Program-made: the position numbers and the translations under genes
Part shown: piece by piece, positions 10,847-25,800 of the stretch
Numbering within the stretch: the stretch's first letter is position 1
Layout of the letters: every line of letters begins with the position of its first letter
The notes under the pieces: model-generated
Told to the model about the DNA's origin: nothing
What the model saw: only the letters and a program-made list of their open reading frames with translations
Databases searched by the model: none
Source: an uncultured virus (IMG/VR IMGVR_UViG_3300025849_000011)
Lineage: Duplodnaviria; Heunggongvirae; Uroviricota; Caudoviricetes
Strand: one strand, 5' to 3'
Virus record (IMG/VR): IMGVR_UViG_3300025849_000011
DNA length: 64,000 bases

Positions 10847-13800
10847 TTATTTCTCCGTAAATAACCAACCATTTGCAACATTATAGTACACTAACCCAAA
10901 CGCTGCCCGATCAACATCAATAGTCAAGTCAGAATCACTTGCTTCTATTTTATGACCGTTCCTATTTATAGTAATATTATTAGTGTTTGCATTTCCAGTA
11001 CCATCAATAAATCTAATTTCATCACCCAAATTAGCCGAAACTGGAAGATTAATAGTCTTGGCAGTAGACGTATCAATAATCAATCTTTGATTAGCAGTTG
11101 CGGTTATTGGTGTACTAGTGATTTCTGTCCAATTTGCCGCGCCAGCAGTTGTTCTTGCCGCAACATAAGCACTATCAACAAGGGTAGTAACAGAAGAGAT
11201 GCCTATTCCAGTTGGATTAGATTTTACCCATTGAGAAGTATTATCACTATCAGTATAGTAAACATAAGTTTCAAGGACTTCTGGATCAAACCACATGGAA
11301 CCTACGCTTGGTGATGCAGGAGGATTATCTGAAATTGTTAATCCACCACCACTACTACTTGACCTTGCTGCAACGTATGCACTATCAATCATATTAATAA
11401 TAGATGCACTATCTGTTCCAGCGGTAACCCTCGCAGCAACATAAGCACTATCCACTACAGAACTAACTGCCGAATTTATAGTACTTGTACTAGCACCTAT
11501 TTGACTTAATGCGTTGATAACAATCTCATCACCAGAATTTGCGGCATTAATAAGTGTAATTGTACTTGAACTTGTTGTATTATAGTCCACACCCTTTAAT
11601 AAATTTATACCATTTAAGAATACAGTAACTGAATTAACACTATAGTTAAGTGTATTTGAATTTTGATCTGAGCCAGTAAATACTGTTTGATTTGATGTTG
11701 CTGTATAGTAATAAGATGTGATGGTTGATGTAAACGAACCACTTCCACCGCCAGAAGTTTGTCTTGCTTGAACATAAGCACTATCTACTAACGCTATAAT
11801 AGATGCACTATCTACAGAACCACCACCGCCAGAAGTTTGTCTTGCTTGAACATAAGCACTATCTACAGTAGATGAAATATCATCAAAGTTTGCTAATTTT
11901 ACCCAATTTCCAGCGTGAGCGAAGTAACCTTTTCCAGTACCATGAACGTGAGCAAACATTCCATGATATGTTGATGCGCTTGGAAGATCACCTTCTACCG
12001 AATATACATTTGAGTAAAGCATTTTTCCAGTGGTAGTAATATTGTTACTACCCATGTCAATCGCACCTGTCATAGTGCCACCAGAGAGAGGTAATTTAGC
12101 GGCAATACTATTTGTTAAAGTAGTGGAGAAATTAGCGTCATCTCCAATCGCCGCCGCCAATTCATTGAGCGTATCCAGTGCAGCAGGTGCTGAAGCGACC
12201 AATGCCGCCGCTGCACTATCAGCAATTGATCTTATATCTGAAGTTCTTGCTAATTCATGCCAATCAGCACCAACAGCAATTTTTGGAAGTTGTGCTTGGT
12301 TATCATATACAACCATACCTTTATATGTTGTAGCACTTGGTAATTGATTAGTGAAAGCAAAAGTATTATTATAGTAAATCGTATTACCACCAAAGTCAAC
12401 ATCTCTAGTCCCAATACCAGTAATTGGATTAATATGCGCTGAGTCTATTATACCTCTAATGTAAGGAGTAGAAATAAATCCTTGGATATATCCACTATCT
12501 GCTATACCTTTAACATATTCACTATCAATGAAAGTTTTCACATAATTTGAGTCTGCATGAGTTTTTATGTGACTTGAATCTGCAATTCCTAGAATATGTG
12601 GGATTGTTACTTTATTAAACGGTACTCTGAGATCAACATAAGCACTATCAACAAATCCCAATATCGCATCCGAATCTATTCCTAGAACTTTAGCAGAATT
12701 ACCAGCATTATCTGTAACTTTTAGTCCAGCAGGAGCAGCCGTTATTCTAGTGTTACCTATGTTTATTGTACTACCACTTAGATATAAATCTTTGAATTTC
12801 TTGGTAGGTGAACCAAGATCAAAGGCACTATCTAATTCTGGAAGAATATGACCAGTTGCCGCTAATTTAGCATCAATAACAGTTGTCACATATGCAGAAT
12901 CCGCTGCCGATAAAATGAACGCACTGTCATACTTTGTATCTGTAATATTAAATACATATGCACTGTCCATGAAACCTTTTACATAACTTGAATCCGCAAT
13001 TCCTTTGACATAAGATGAATCTATATGAGTTTTTAGATAATTAGAATCTGCTGCTGATTGAATGTGGTTTGAATCTGCGATTCCTTTAATAAATGCAGAA
13101 TCAATATTATTAGAAGTTTTCACATATGCAGGGGTTATGATGCCTTTAATATATGAAGAATCTATATTAACTTTAAGATAATTAGAGTCTGCAATTCCTA
13201 AGACATAGGCACTATTAATGAAAGTTTTTACATAATTTGAGTCTGCAATTCCTAAGACATAACCAGACGATGCCACAGTTTTTACATAATTTGAGTCTGC
13301 AATTCCTAAGACATAACCAGACGATGCCACAGTTTTTACATAATCTGAATCCGCTGCTGAGAGGAAGAGCGCACTATCATATTTTCCATCAGTAATACTG
13401 AATACATACGCACTATCAATGAAACTTTTTATATAATTTGAATCTGCCTTTGATCTTACATATTCTTGAGTAACTGCTGAGAATATCCAATTAGAGTCAG
13501 CGCGAAGTTGGACATAAGAACTATCAATGAAGTGTGATATCGCATCTGAATCTATTCCACCAAACTTTAAAAGATTTCCAGCACTATCAGAAAGTTCCAA
13601 ACCACTTGCATTAGAAGATATTATGACTTCTCCAAGTGAAATTGAGTTTCCACTTAGATATATATCTCTAAATCTTTCAGTAGGTGATCCTAAATCATAT
13701 ATCGTATCTAAGGCTGGAATTATATCTCCTACTGCTTTGTGAGTTGACATAATATAAGCACTATCAATATTCAATTCAGTTTTTACATAATCTTCAGTTA

Positions 13801-16800
13801 CTGTGGTTTTTACCCAATCTGAGTCATAAATTTCTGATATATTAGTACCATCAATAAAGAAACCACTATCAGCATTTATTTTTCCATTAACATCAAAGGT
13901 AAAACTTGGAGAAAGTTTACCCACACCAATAAATTTACTTGGAGACTTGTATGTGGTGTATGATGCACCTTCATCCCAAGGAGTTTCCAGAACTAATTTT
14001 TCACCGTTTACTTCAATATGACCATTGAAAATTTCTAACGCTGGTTGTTCTGCTGCGCCTGTAATGGGTTCTTGTGTACCATGTATAACAACTTTACCAC
14101 CAACAGCAAGACCAGTACCAGTAGTTAAATTTCCTATAGTTGGACCTAATGTTTCAATTGCTTCTTGTCCAGCAGTTACACCAGTTACTCCACTAGTTCT
14201 AAGTTGAGTTTGAACACCAACTCTTGATGGATTAGAATCCCAATGACTATAAGATATTTTACCAATACCAACTTTAGTACCATGTGTGGCTTCAAAGCCT
14301 GTTGGGTTTGTAAATTGTGCTTCACCGCGACCAAGAGCCTTTTCAAGAGTGGTTAAATCGCCATACTTAGCAGAAAGAATGTGCTTAACTCTAAATGCTA
14401 TAATATCTCCACCAACAACACTATCAAGTTTATCATTAATATAGGCAGAATCAGGCCAAGCAGTGCGAACAAGATCGTTAATATAATCTTCATCAATCAT
14501 TTCAATAATTGCACTAGAGTCCGCACCAGATGGATTAGCACCAAAAGAGTATCTTTCTGCTACATATGCACTATCAAAAAATTCAGTTGCTGAATCTGGT
14601 GTAATTTGATAATTAATAACATTAGTATAATGATTTAGATAGATGTTACTATCAAGTCCACCAGTTGGAAGAATAACATCACCTTGATATGTTAATCCTT
14701 CAAGGTTAACATTACCATTAACATCTAGTGTATAATTTACATTAGTTTTATATACACCATTAGAATCTGGACCATATCTTAAATAACCAGGAGTTAAAGT
14801 TGCAGTACTATTATCTAAATTAATACCAACAAACTCAAAATCATTAGCACCCTTATATACAAGATGTGACGCCCCACCACTTGGACTTTTTTGGAAGAAT
14901 GTATCGTTAGTGCATGTCGTTCTAAGATATTCTTTATTAATTATACCTTCAACATACTCTTGATCAGCCGCTGTCAAAATCCAAGCACTATCTGCTGCAA
15001 CGTATCTGATATAATTGTAAAGTCTCATACCTTGCATATAGAAATCATGCTCATTACCAGCAGCATCAGTTCCATTAACATTAATTGGACCATTTACTTC
15101 AAGAGCATATTTAGTTCCAGCCCTTCCATTTTCATTAACTTTTTCACAAGTAATATCAGTTCCACCATCACCATAGGAACCATATGCTGCCGCACTTTTA
15201 TATTGTATAGCAGTTGCTGGAACAATATTAATTTCATCTTGCTCAATTACAACTTGACCGCCTTGAATGGATAGAGTATTATCAGTTGATACTGTTGTTG
15301 CTGTTGTTCCGAGTCCAATACCAACACTGTTCGCTGCGCTATTTACTGCACCGCCGACTGTAATATTGGTTCCTAATCCCAAAGCATTTTGACCGTATAC
15401 AGTAATATTTCTACCTAAACCAATACCACCTTGATTTCCTGCGGCTCCAGTAGCAGTAACTGTATTACCGATTGCAATAGCACCATGAGTGGCAATATTA
15501 TTTCTACCAAGCGCAATCGCTTCAGTGTCTGAAGTATTACCTCTACCAAATGCTATAGAGTGTGTTGTATTGCTATTACCACTACCAAGATTTACCTCGT
15601 TATCATAACCAAATGCTAAACCTTCTTTTTGAACATCATTTGAAGAACCAAATGCTAGACCATTTAACTCAACAACATTTTGTTTACCAAATGCTAAACC
15701 ACCATTTGCAGTAATTGTGTTTCCTATACCATAGACCATAGCGGTTGAAGGTGTATTTGTACTGCTAGTTGAGGCTCCAGACTGACCACTACCATATACA
15801 GAAACATAACTATTACCTGAGTTATTAGAACCGTAAATATTTGCTTTAGAGTTATTTGTGTTATCAGTTCCAACAGTAATGCCTGGAATAGAACTTGTTC
15901 CAGCACCCATTGTATTATTTTTACCAATAACTACTGATTTGCTTCCAGCATCGTTTGAGTAACCAATAGATACTGCATCTTGCCTTGCGACATTGGGTAA
16001 TGCTGAAGTACCACCACCTATTGCAACTGATCTTGCACCTAAAGTTTTTACATATATACCCATAGCAGCAGTTGCACCCGCCGCTTGTACTGAACGGCCC
16101 ATGGCAACAGCATAATTACCTGTATTTTGAACGTAACTACCAATTGCAACACCACCAGTTTTAGATGTGCTATTAAGACCGAAAATAGTACTATAGTTGG
16201 CTCCACTATTACCTTGACCAACCATAACTGCGCCGGTCTTACCAACCACATTATTACCAATGGCAAATCCACCGCTACCAGAATAAGCATTATATCCTAA
16301 TGCTATTGATCCTTGTGAACCGTGACTTCTAACATTTTTACCAATTGCTACACCATTGCTACCAGCAAAAACAGAACTACCAACCGCGACTGATTTTGAT
16401 GATGCAGTACCTTGTGATCCAACAAAAACACCACCAGTACCTGTCGCTTTACCGTCTGCACCAATAGCAACCGCACCAGTACCACTTGTCACATGAACAT
16501 TTCTGCCCATCGCAACAGCATTTTTCCCATGCACAGTAACTTCTTTACCAACACCAACCGCACCTTTTGCGCTACTTCTCATTATAATATTTTGGCCTAC
16601 AGCGAGAGCATCTTCTTTTTGTAATAAATTATCATTACCAATGGCAATTGTATATTGCTTATCTAACTGATTATTATTACCAATTGAAGTTGTATCTTCT
16701 TTTTTAACTACACTGTTAGCACCAATCATTAACGATCTATCAGATGTTCTATAAGCAAGTAAGTCTCTACCTATTGCTGTAACATTATTGGCAGTACTTG

Positions 16801-19800
16801 GATTCATCAATGGGAATGAGGATTGGTCATTCGCAATACCAACATTATATCCAATCGTAATTCTATTTCCTAATGAAGTATTGAAAGCACCCGCTGAGTT
16901 AATTTTTGACCCAAGTGATACAATTTGTTCTTTGTTATAGATGAATGGATTATTTGGAACTGGAGTGCCGCTGGTATTATTAGTAGGTCTTGCAATAATA
17001 CCAATACCCATAGCAACACTATTGCGCTGTGGCATATCAATACCTTGACCAAGTGCAACACTGTTATTGTTATTTTTAGATGCCGTTGTCGCAGATTTTT
17101 TGACTTCACCAACTTTTACATCAAAGCCCAATGCAGTTGAGAAATGTGATGCTTTGGTGTTATTACCTATTGCAATAGACTGATAGCCGACTTCACTATC
17201 TTCCCAATAATTGGATGCCCCAAAACCATCAAGCGCACCTATTCTGAGCGCACCTCTCTGTGGTATCCACATAAATCTTGCTTCTGCGCCCTTATTAGGA
17301 ACATTTCCACGAATAACAGTACTAACGTCATTATCTGCAATACCAGCACCACCTGCACCAGTAGAAATACCACTTTGGAAATTATTGGATAAGAACATTA
17401 CATTTCCAGAGTCAACAACAAATCTTGTTGCTAAATCACCAGTTAATAAGGTTTTCGGTCCTATAATAACCGCACCTTCATCATCATAGAAGATTTTCTT
17501 TTGAACCCCAAGAGACACATTTTCAATCTTCCAAGGAGTTTGAAGTCTTATACCAATATAATCTGAATCAACGATTCTACCAATATGCGAATCAAGATCA
17601 AGTCTATGAGTTTTTCGGAAAATGTTTAAAGATTTATCCGTATTTACTACATCAAAACTATCTACTAATATATGATGCAAATTACCAGTAGGTGTGGTAA
17701 AGGATTTACCACCAAGAACAGGAGAACCATCAGATTCATATTTGAAAACTACGTTACCAGCATCAACCTTTGTATTATCAAATGTCTGGAAATGATTTGA
17801 TGACCGATCAAAGAAATGTTGAAAGCGTTGATATTTGTGATTTTCATGATTAGGATTAAGAACATTTTCTGGGAATGTTGTTCTATTTCCAGAACCATCA
17901 GATTCATATTTATAGAAGTCTACTGGTTCCCCAACAAACATACGTGACATTGAATCAAGAGTAAAGTCACCATTGGTAAGTTCAAAACTTCCCTTAACAT
18001 GAATTTTGCCAGTGTTAGTTCCAACATCAAGTGGATCAATAGTGATTTCACTTGGTCCTCTAATCAAGGTTTGATAAGAACTATCAATTTTAGCAGTTTT
18101 GATGTATGCACTATCAACATCTAATTGACTAATTCTAGCACTATCAACAAGTAATTGGCTAACATAAGCATCATCAATTTGGGCATATTTGATATATGCA
18201 CTATCAACCACATCCCATTTTAGTTGTTTTATATAGGCACTATCAACATCTAATTGGCCTATGTTAGCACTATCAACAAGTAATTGACTGATATATGTAT
18301 CTAAAATTTGATCTGCTTTAAGAATTTTAATGTAAGCACTGTCAGCATCTAATTGACTAATTCTAGCACTGTCTGAAGTAAATTGTTTAATTGTAGCACT
18401 GTCAGTTACTATCAAATGACCAATTGTGGAACTGTCAACAATTAATTGACTGATATAGGAACTATCAATTCTGGCGTACTTAATATAAGCACTATCAGAA
18501 ATTAACTGATCAATTGAGGCTGAATCAGCATCTACAAATTTAACACTTAAACTGTCTTGCATCACAACAGGTTTTGAGAATGTTACAGGTTTCAGAAAGT
18601 TTAATACTGGTAGTGGTGGATTTTGTAAAATATCAACAACATGAGAATCCAAAGTAACTTGATATTGCACATCAACATAGCGTTGATTACCTGTAATCGT
18701 ACCATTATAACTACCATCAGATTCTACTTTACCTAATAAACCACCTATACCATCACTATCTTGTTTTAATTCTTGTTTTGTCCTTAAAGGTCCAAATAGG
18801 AAATCATTTCCTGGTCTAATCGCTAGATTATTTACTGTAAATGTAACTGCATTAAGTCCAATAGGATCAGTAGTCGCCGTAACATTTTTAACTATATGTG
18901 AATCCATTCCCACTATAAGATGAGAATCAAATGTAGTTTCTGGATTAATATTTTGATAATGACCATATGCGTCTTTAGTTGCGTCAATTAATGATCTTGG
19001 AACTACATGCGTAACTGTTTTCTTAGGACCAAAGAACCAAGTTTTTCCAGAATCAACGTGAACATCTGCATCAAATTGAATTCTTTTTCTATTTACTGGA
19101 TCACCGCTACTTTCAAAATGCATACCACCTTTAACAACAAAACTATCATGTGTTGTTAGTCTAGAACCAGTATGAGGATATCCTGGATAGGCGGCATGTG
19201 CCATAGCCTCACTACCAAGAGTAACATGACCAAATAAATTTGTTGGTCCGACAATTTCTGTTCTGCTTGTAAGTGTAGGAGTTCTATCTTGAATTGTGAT
19301 TTTATCACCAAGAATCATACTCGCTGAATCTGTTACACCATAAGCAGATGGGAATAAACCAGGAACAACATTAAGATCACTAAACACTCTAATTTCAAAT
19401 GAATCTACAATAGTAAAATCGCGGTCTTTTAATAATTGACCTTTTACTGTACCAATAGAGTCTGTGAGTTTAACAATTGGATCAACTACACCAAACAAAG
19501 AAAGTCCAGCATTAATAGCGAGAGAATTGCCAGCATTATCAATAATGTTAGAAACTCTTGGAATAGAAGTGCCACCAACCGCGATAATTCTATCACCAAT
19601 AATAATGGATGGTTTAGAATTAGAATCATTCTGAGGAATAAGTTCTGCCCCATGAAGTTGTGTATCACTATTCAATACTGATGGTTCTTTAATATAAACA
19701 TTTTTAAGTCTATTAGTATTCGTCATTAAGTTATGAGATGGTCCACCATATCCATACTGTGACGAATCAAAGAGTGTTCTGTTGCCTAATGAATCATAAT

Positions 19801-22800
19801 CAATATATCTGTTTAGAAGTACTGTTGCTCCACCAGAAGTGGTTCTTGTAATTCGTAAGAAGTCAAAATTTACAGAATCTGTAAATGATAATACAATATG
19901 AGAATCTGCATCATTGGGTCCAAATGCATTTTGAATTTGAGTATTATTCAAAGATACTGTTTGAGTTTCTTGTACATAGTTGCTATCAATTGTAAATACA
20001 TATGCTTCTTCAAGAACATTATCATGTCCAAGAACTTTTAGACCACCTCTTAAATGAGTGCTATCGCCAACATATAGACCGTTTTTCCCTTTTATTTGAC
20101 TAGCATCATAAACACCAAGACCATCTCCAGAATCTCTGCCATTAAATGATCCAATTTTAACAGCACCACCAATATTAACAAAAGAATCAATATTAAAAAA
20201 TCCAATGGTGGTTAATCCACCACCAATTGTTAAATCACTCTCAACATGTAAATTACCACCAATAAATGCACTGTCAGATGTGGTTAATCTTGTTACACCA
20301 CTTAAACTCCCACCAATTTGCATACTATCGGCAAATGTAACTGGACCAGAAGCATCTAAAGATGTTACACCACTTAAACTTCCAGCAATAGTCACACTAT
20401 CTTCAACTAAAAGATTTTTTTCAAACCTTGCGTTACCGCGAAGATCAAGATTATGAGTTGCCGAGTCGCCTCTTTTGTTAATAGCAACTTTTATACTGCC
20501 ATCATAGTATAATCCACTTGCATGAGTTCCATCATACAGTTGTCCTGGTGCGCCAATGTAAACCGCATTGAAACTATCGTGCTTCCAATAGTAATCAGAA
20601 TCCCAAATACTAATAATATATGCAGAGTCAAGTAAACTTCTAAAGAATGCTTTTGATGCAGCACTCGCGCTGGGGTTTGCTGTAAATGTTTCTTGAAGAA
20701 AATCAGCGTCTATTTTACTTCTAATATATGGTTGGTCAATATAACCAGTTTGTCGCAACCAAGACTTGTTAGGCCAAGCAGTTTGTGAGCCACCATCGCC
20801 GCTAAAGACAATCGGTGGATTACTAAGATAATCATCGCCTTCTTTATCTGTAGTTCTGATATTAATTCTACCTTGAACATCAAGTCCTATAGAATCTCCA
20901 ACACCACTACTAAATGATGTATGTCTAGTATTATAGGAAGCAAGTGTAAGGTTACTATCATCAGTAGCATCATCAATGGTAGTTCCAGTTTTACTTAGAT
21001 TACTAGCGTAAGCAGCATTTCCACCACCATTAATATCTGGATTCCAACCTGTCCATGTTTGGTTATTTGTAAGACCTATTGCTACAGTTTTATGTCCATC
21101 GTTTGGATTGTAAACAAGAGCATCTGGATAAATTACCCAAGAGTTGAATGAATCTACTCTTTGTTGTACATAGTCAGTATCAAAATAACTTACAACAGAA
21201 CTAAGAATTTTACTATTAGGACGTAAAACATAACTATCAAAACTTAAATTACCAATATAAAAACTATCATCAACCGAGTTGTCTAACCAACGAACTGATC
21301 CACCAATTCTAATACTATCAGCAAATGTAATTGGACCAGAAGCAGTTAAAGATGTTACTCCAGAAACTGCCCCAGCAACAGTTAAATCGCCACCAATGGT
21401 CATACTATCCGTTGATTTAAATGTTGTCACAGTTTGTATTGCGCCAGCCATATCAAGATTCGTGACGCCACTTAAACGCCCACCAATGGTCATACTATCC
21501 GTTGATTTAAATGTTGTCGCAGTTTGAATAGCACCCGCCATATCTAAATTAGTAACGCCACTTAAACGTCCACCAATTTGCATACTGTCAGTACCTTTAT
21601 AGGTAGTAACAGTTTCCAAAGCCCCCGCCATTTCCAAATTCGTGACACCGCTTAAACGTCCACCAATTTGCATACTGTCAGTACCTTTATAGGTAGTAAC
21701 AGTTTCTAGAGAACCAGCCATATCTAAATTAGTAACGCCACTTAAACGTCCACCAATTTGCATACTGTCAGTACCTTTATAGGTAGTAACAGTTTCTAGA
21801 GAACCAGCCATATCTAAATTAGTAACGCCACTTAAACGTCCACCAATTTGCATACTGTCAGTACCTTTATAGGTAGTAACAGTTTCTAGAGAACCAGCCA
21901 TATCAAGATTCGTGACACCGCTTAAACGTCCACCAATTTGCATACTGTCCGTTGATTTAAATGTTGTCGCAGTTTTAATTCCACCAGCCATATCTAAATT
22001 AGTAACGCCACTTAAACGTCCACCAATTTGCATACTGTCCGTTGATTTAAATGTTGTCGCAGTTTTAATTCCACCAGATAAAGTTACTGCGCCAGCAACG
22101 GTCAAATCCCCACTAATTTGAACACTATCTCCGATAACTGCTGTTGTACCCACATCTAATGAAGTACCTATAGTAACAGAATCTCCAAATTTACCATGAG
22201 TATTTACATCTAAATATCCACCAGTTTTTAAATATCCAGTAGAAACATCAAGATTACCACCTACAACTAAATCTTTACCAATACCCACAGAATCATTAAG
22301 TGTTACCGTACCTTGAACAATAAGATCACTATCTATAATTACACTAGATTTAAATCTTTTTGGTGCTATAGTACCAGCACCACCAGTAACAATAGGGAGT
22401 GCTTTTAACGATAAGTATTGCCCAAAGACAATTTCAGCAGTTGGTACGCCATTCGCTGCCGTACCAGCAGAATCAAATTGTGATGAATCATATGCTGTAC
22501 CCACATTTGGAGTACCAGTTCCTAGTGTAATATTTCCTACTGCTCCCTTATTGCGAGTTGTCCCTTTTGATGTATTGACCCCTACGCGAGTGGATACATC
22601 AGCAAATGTCGCACCATCATATAATTCAAAACTATCACCTATCCCACCAACAACATTTTTAATCGCAAATATAGAATCGTTTAAGAATTGCCCTATATTA
22701 GTTAAACTTGGTAAATTAAATTCAACAGTTTTACCATCAGTCAAAATACCATTTGTATTTCTTATGATAACAATACCTGGATTAGATTGTTCAATACTTA

Positions 22801-25800
22801 CAACTGTTGCTGTTGGTAACGCTACAGCAGGTTGTTCAATTTCTATTTGTTTATTTGAAGGATCAACTCCAGCAACATAATCTCTAATATCTTGATCATT
22901 AATAAGAATTGATGCTATATAACTATCACCACCTACTTGATTTACACCGTTTACTTTGCTGCCACCAATTCTAAGCGTACCTCTAATATCTAAGGCATAT
23001 TCAGCAGTATGTTTACCAATAGCAACTTTGGTGTTATCAAGATATGTATCAAGTGCTGAATCAGGGTTATTTAAAATAATTTGATTTTCTTGATTTCCAG
23101 TAAGAGTAACATCTCTACCAATGATAAAGTTTCCTTTACCATTTGTGGTATGTATTGTATTTCCTTGACCAAAAATGAAATTTTCTGAAACATTAGTTGC
23201 AGGAGTAACATTTATATAACCAGTACTTCCACCAGCAACAGTATTATTAAAACCAATCCAATAATTTTTTGATTGTGTTCCTAATGATCCAACACCATAA
23301 ACAAGAGGTCCACCAGAATATATTTGATATGTTGAATGTGCAGTAGCAGAATCTTTATTTCCTTCACCAATGAAATACGAATTAGTTGATCGCATTTCAT
23401 TTGGATTACCACTTGCACCACCAATTACAACAGAATTCGCAACAGTTCTGGCACTACTTCCTATTTTATTATCATAACCACCAATATTAATAGAATAACT
23501 AGTGCTTAGATTTCCAGATGCATCTCCAATATCAGTATTATAACCACCAATATTTACCGAATATTCTGCGTCAATATGGGTATTATATCCACCAACATTT
23601 ACTGAATAATTAGCATTTGTACCAATATCGGTATTCTGACCTGCAATATTTGCACTGTAGGAAGCATCAATATCATTATTATATCCACCCAGATTTATAG
23701 AATAGTTGGCATTTGCGGTAATTTGCAGACCGCGACCACCAACAGTTGTGTTCCAACGTCCACCCGTCAAAGTATTTGAGTAACCACCAACACTAACATT
23801 ATTTTCTCCACTAATGTTAATGTTGTATCCACCTAAACTAGCATTACCTGTCGTACTCGCACCAGAAGAAATGGTGACACTTTGACCACCAACAATTACA
23901 CCGTAACTGCCAGAAAGAGAATTAGATACCCCACCAATTATTGCATTATAATCACCACTTATTGCACTTGAATATGATGAGAAAATTCCAGATGTTGTTG
24001 ATGCTGATGTGATATCATTATTATATCCACCTATTATAACACCAATATCGCCAGCAAGATCATTATGCTGACCACCAACAATCGCACCCCACTCTGCATC
24101 AGCAGTCGTTTCATTAATATAACCACCTGCTATAATGTTATAGTTACCAAGCATATTGTTTTGGTAACCACCAACATTTGTGTTATATGTTCCACCAACA
24201 GTTAATGCATATGATCCACCAAAGTTACTACTATAGTTTCCAGTTACATTAGTCCTATTACTAGTAGAATTGGTATAACCACCAATATTTGTAGCGTATT
24301 GTCCATCCGCTTTTAAATATCTACCACCAATAGCAACACTATAGTTTCCATCAACTCTACTCTGATCACCCCCAAGAACAACTCCATAGTCTCCATCAAC
24401 TCTATTAAAGTACCCCATACCAATAGAATGTGCGCCAATAGTATCATTTCTATGATCAGCATTTGCATTAATTTGACCAACTCTAAATACATCACCCAAA
24501 GGATAGTATGCCATAAGAGAAACATTTGAAGAAACATTACTAAAACTAGAAAGTGCTTTAGTAGTATCGGCAGAATCAAAGAATGGTTCACCTTGACCTA
24601 TTTTACTTGTATATGATCCACTGTAATTTCCTCTAAAGATAAATCCACGATTTCCTTCTGCTTCCACAGGTACATTTGGAACCGCGACATGCATACCAAT
24701 AGGCTTATTACCATTTGTATATGTGATTTGAAGTCCATTATCACTCCACGGTGAATTTTGCAGTAGTGTCCCATCTGGTAGTAATTTAAGATTTTCTCCA
24801 CTATAGATAAGATCACCAGTTACATAAAGATTACCAACTCCACTTGAAACAGGCACTGCCATTCTTGTTAAATCAGAATCACTACCAATTGTAACATTAC
24901 CGCCTTGAATAGACATAAAGTTATCATGAGTGTTTGAAAGTGGTATAAATTCTCCAACAGTACCAGCCTGACCAGTACCCAAGTTAATACCAATAGAGCG
25001 GTCACCACCAACATTAACATTTTTACCAAAAGCAAAAGAACCTTGAGCCGTACTAGGGAAAGTTATACCTTCACCGAATGCAAAGTTATAGGAACCTGCA
25101 ATATTATGTGAAAACCCAAGTGCTACTGAATTGGTTGCCGAAACCGTATTTCCAGCAGCACTTGTACCACCTATAGCAATTGATGCACTGCCTGTTATTT
25201 GATTTCCTATACCAATCGCGACTGCACCAGTACCGCTTGTAACTTGAGTGTCACCAATAGAAATTGATTTATCACCAACTCCTGTATTGGCCTTACCAAT
25301 CGCGATTCCTTGCGATGAAGTTATTTGATTACCTTCACCAAAAGCAATACTGGTTAATGCATTGGCACTAACGATATTTTCTTTACCAATCGCAATACTA
25401 GTTGTAGCACCAGCATTAATAATTGACTTAGTTCCAGAAACAAATGAACCATCCGCATACGTTTCAGAAGAATCTCCTTGAGCATATGAAGCAGTTCCTT
25501 TAGCAATGGTATTTTTACCAAATGCTGTGGAATAAGTACCCATTTCAGTATTTTTGATTGTGCCTGTTACGAAATATCCAGCCCTAAATCTTGCTTTAGC
25601 AGGATCAAACATCATTCTGGATTTATCACTATCTAAATCTACAACAATTTGATATTGATCATTTATACTTGGACTTCCAGCCCCCACAGTATTTAAAGCA
25701 TAATATTGTGCTGACGTATTTAATCTTCCAGATACTTGAAAAAGATTACCTATAAGAGTGGTATCTGTTCTGAAATCAAATGCATGTGCTGGTCTATTAG

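Noticed and set aside
21389..22072. CRISPR array suggested by regular DNA repeats (also 27090-27805 and 13170-13350)
   Set aside because: Units are contiguous with no unique spacers, are multiples of 3 nt, lie in frame within a CDS, and no cas genes are present
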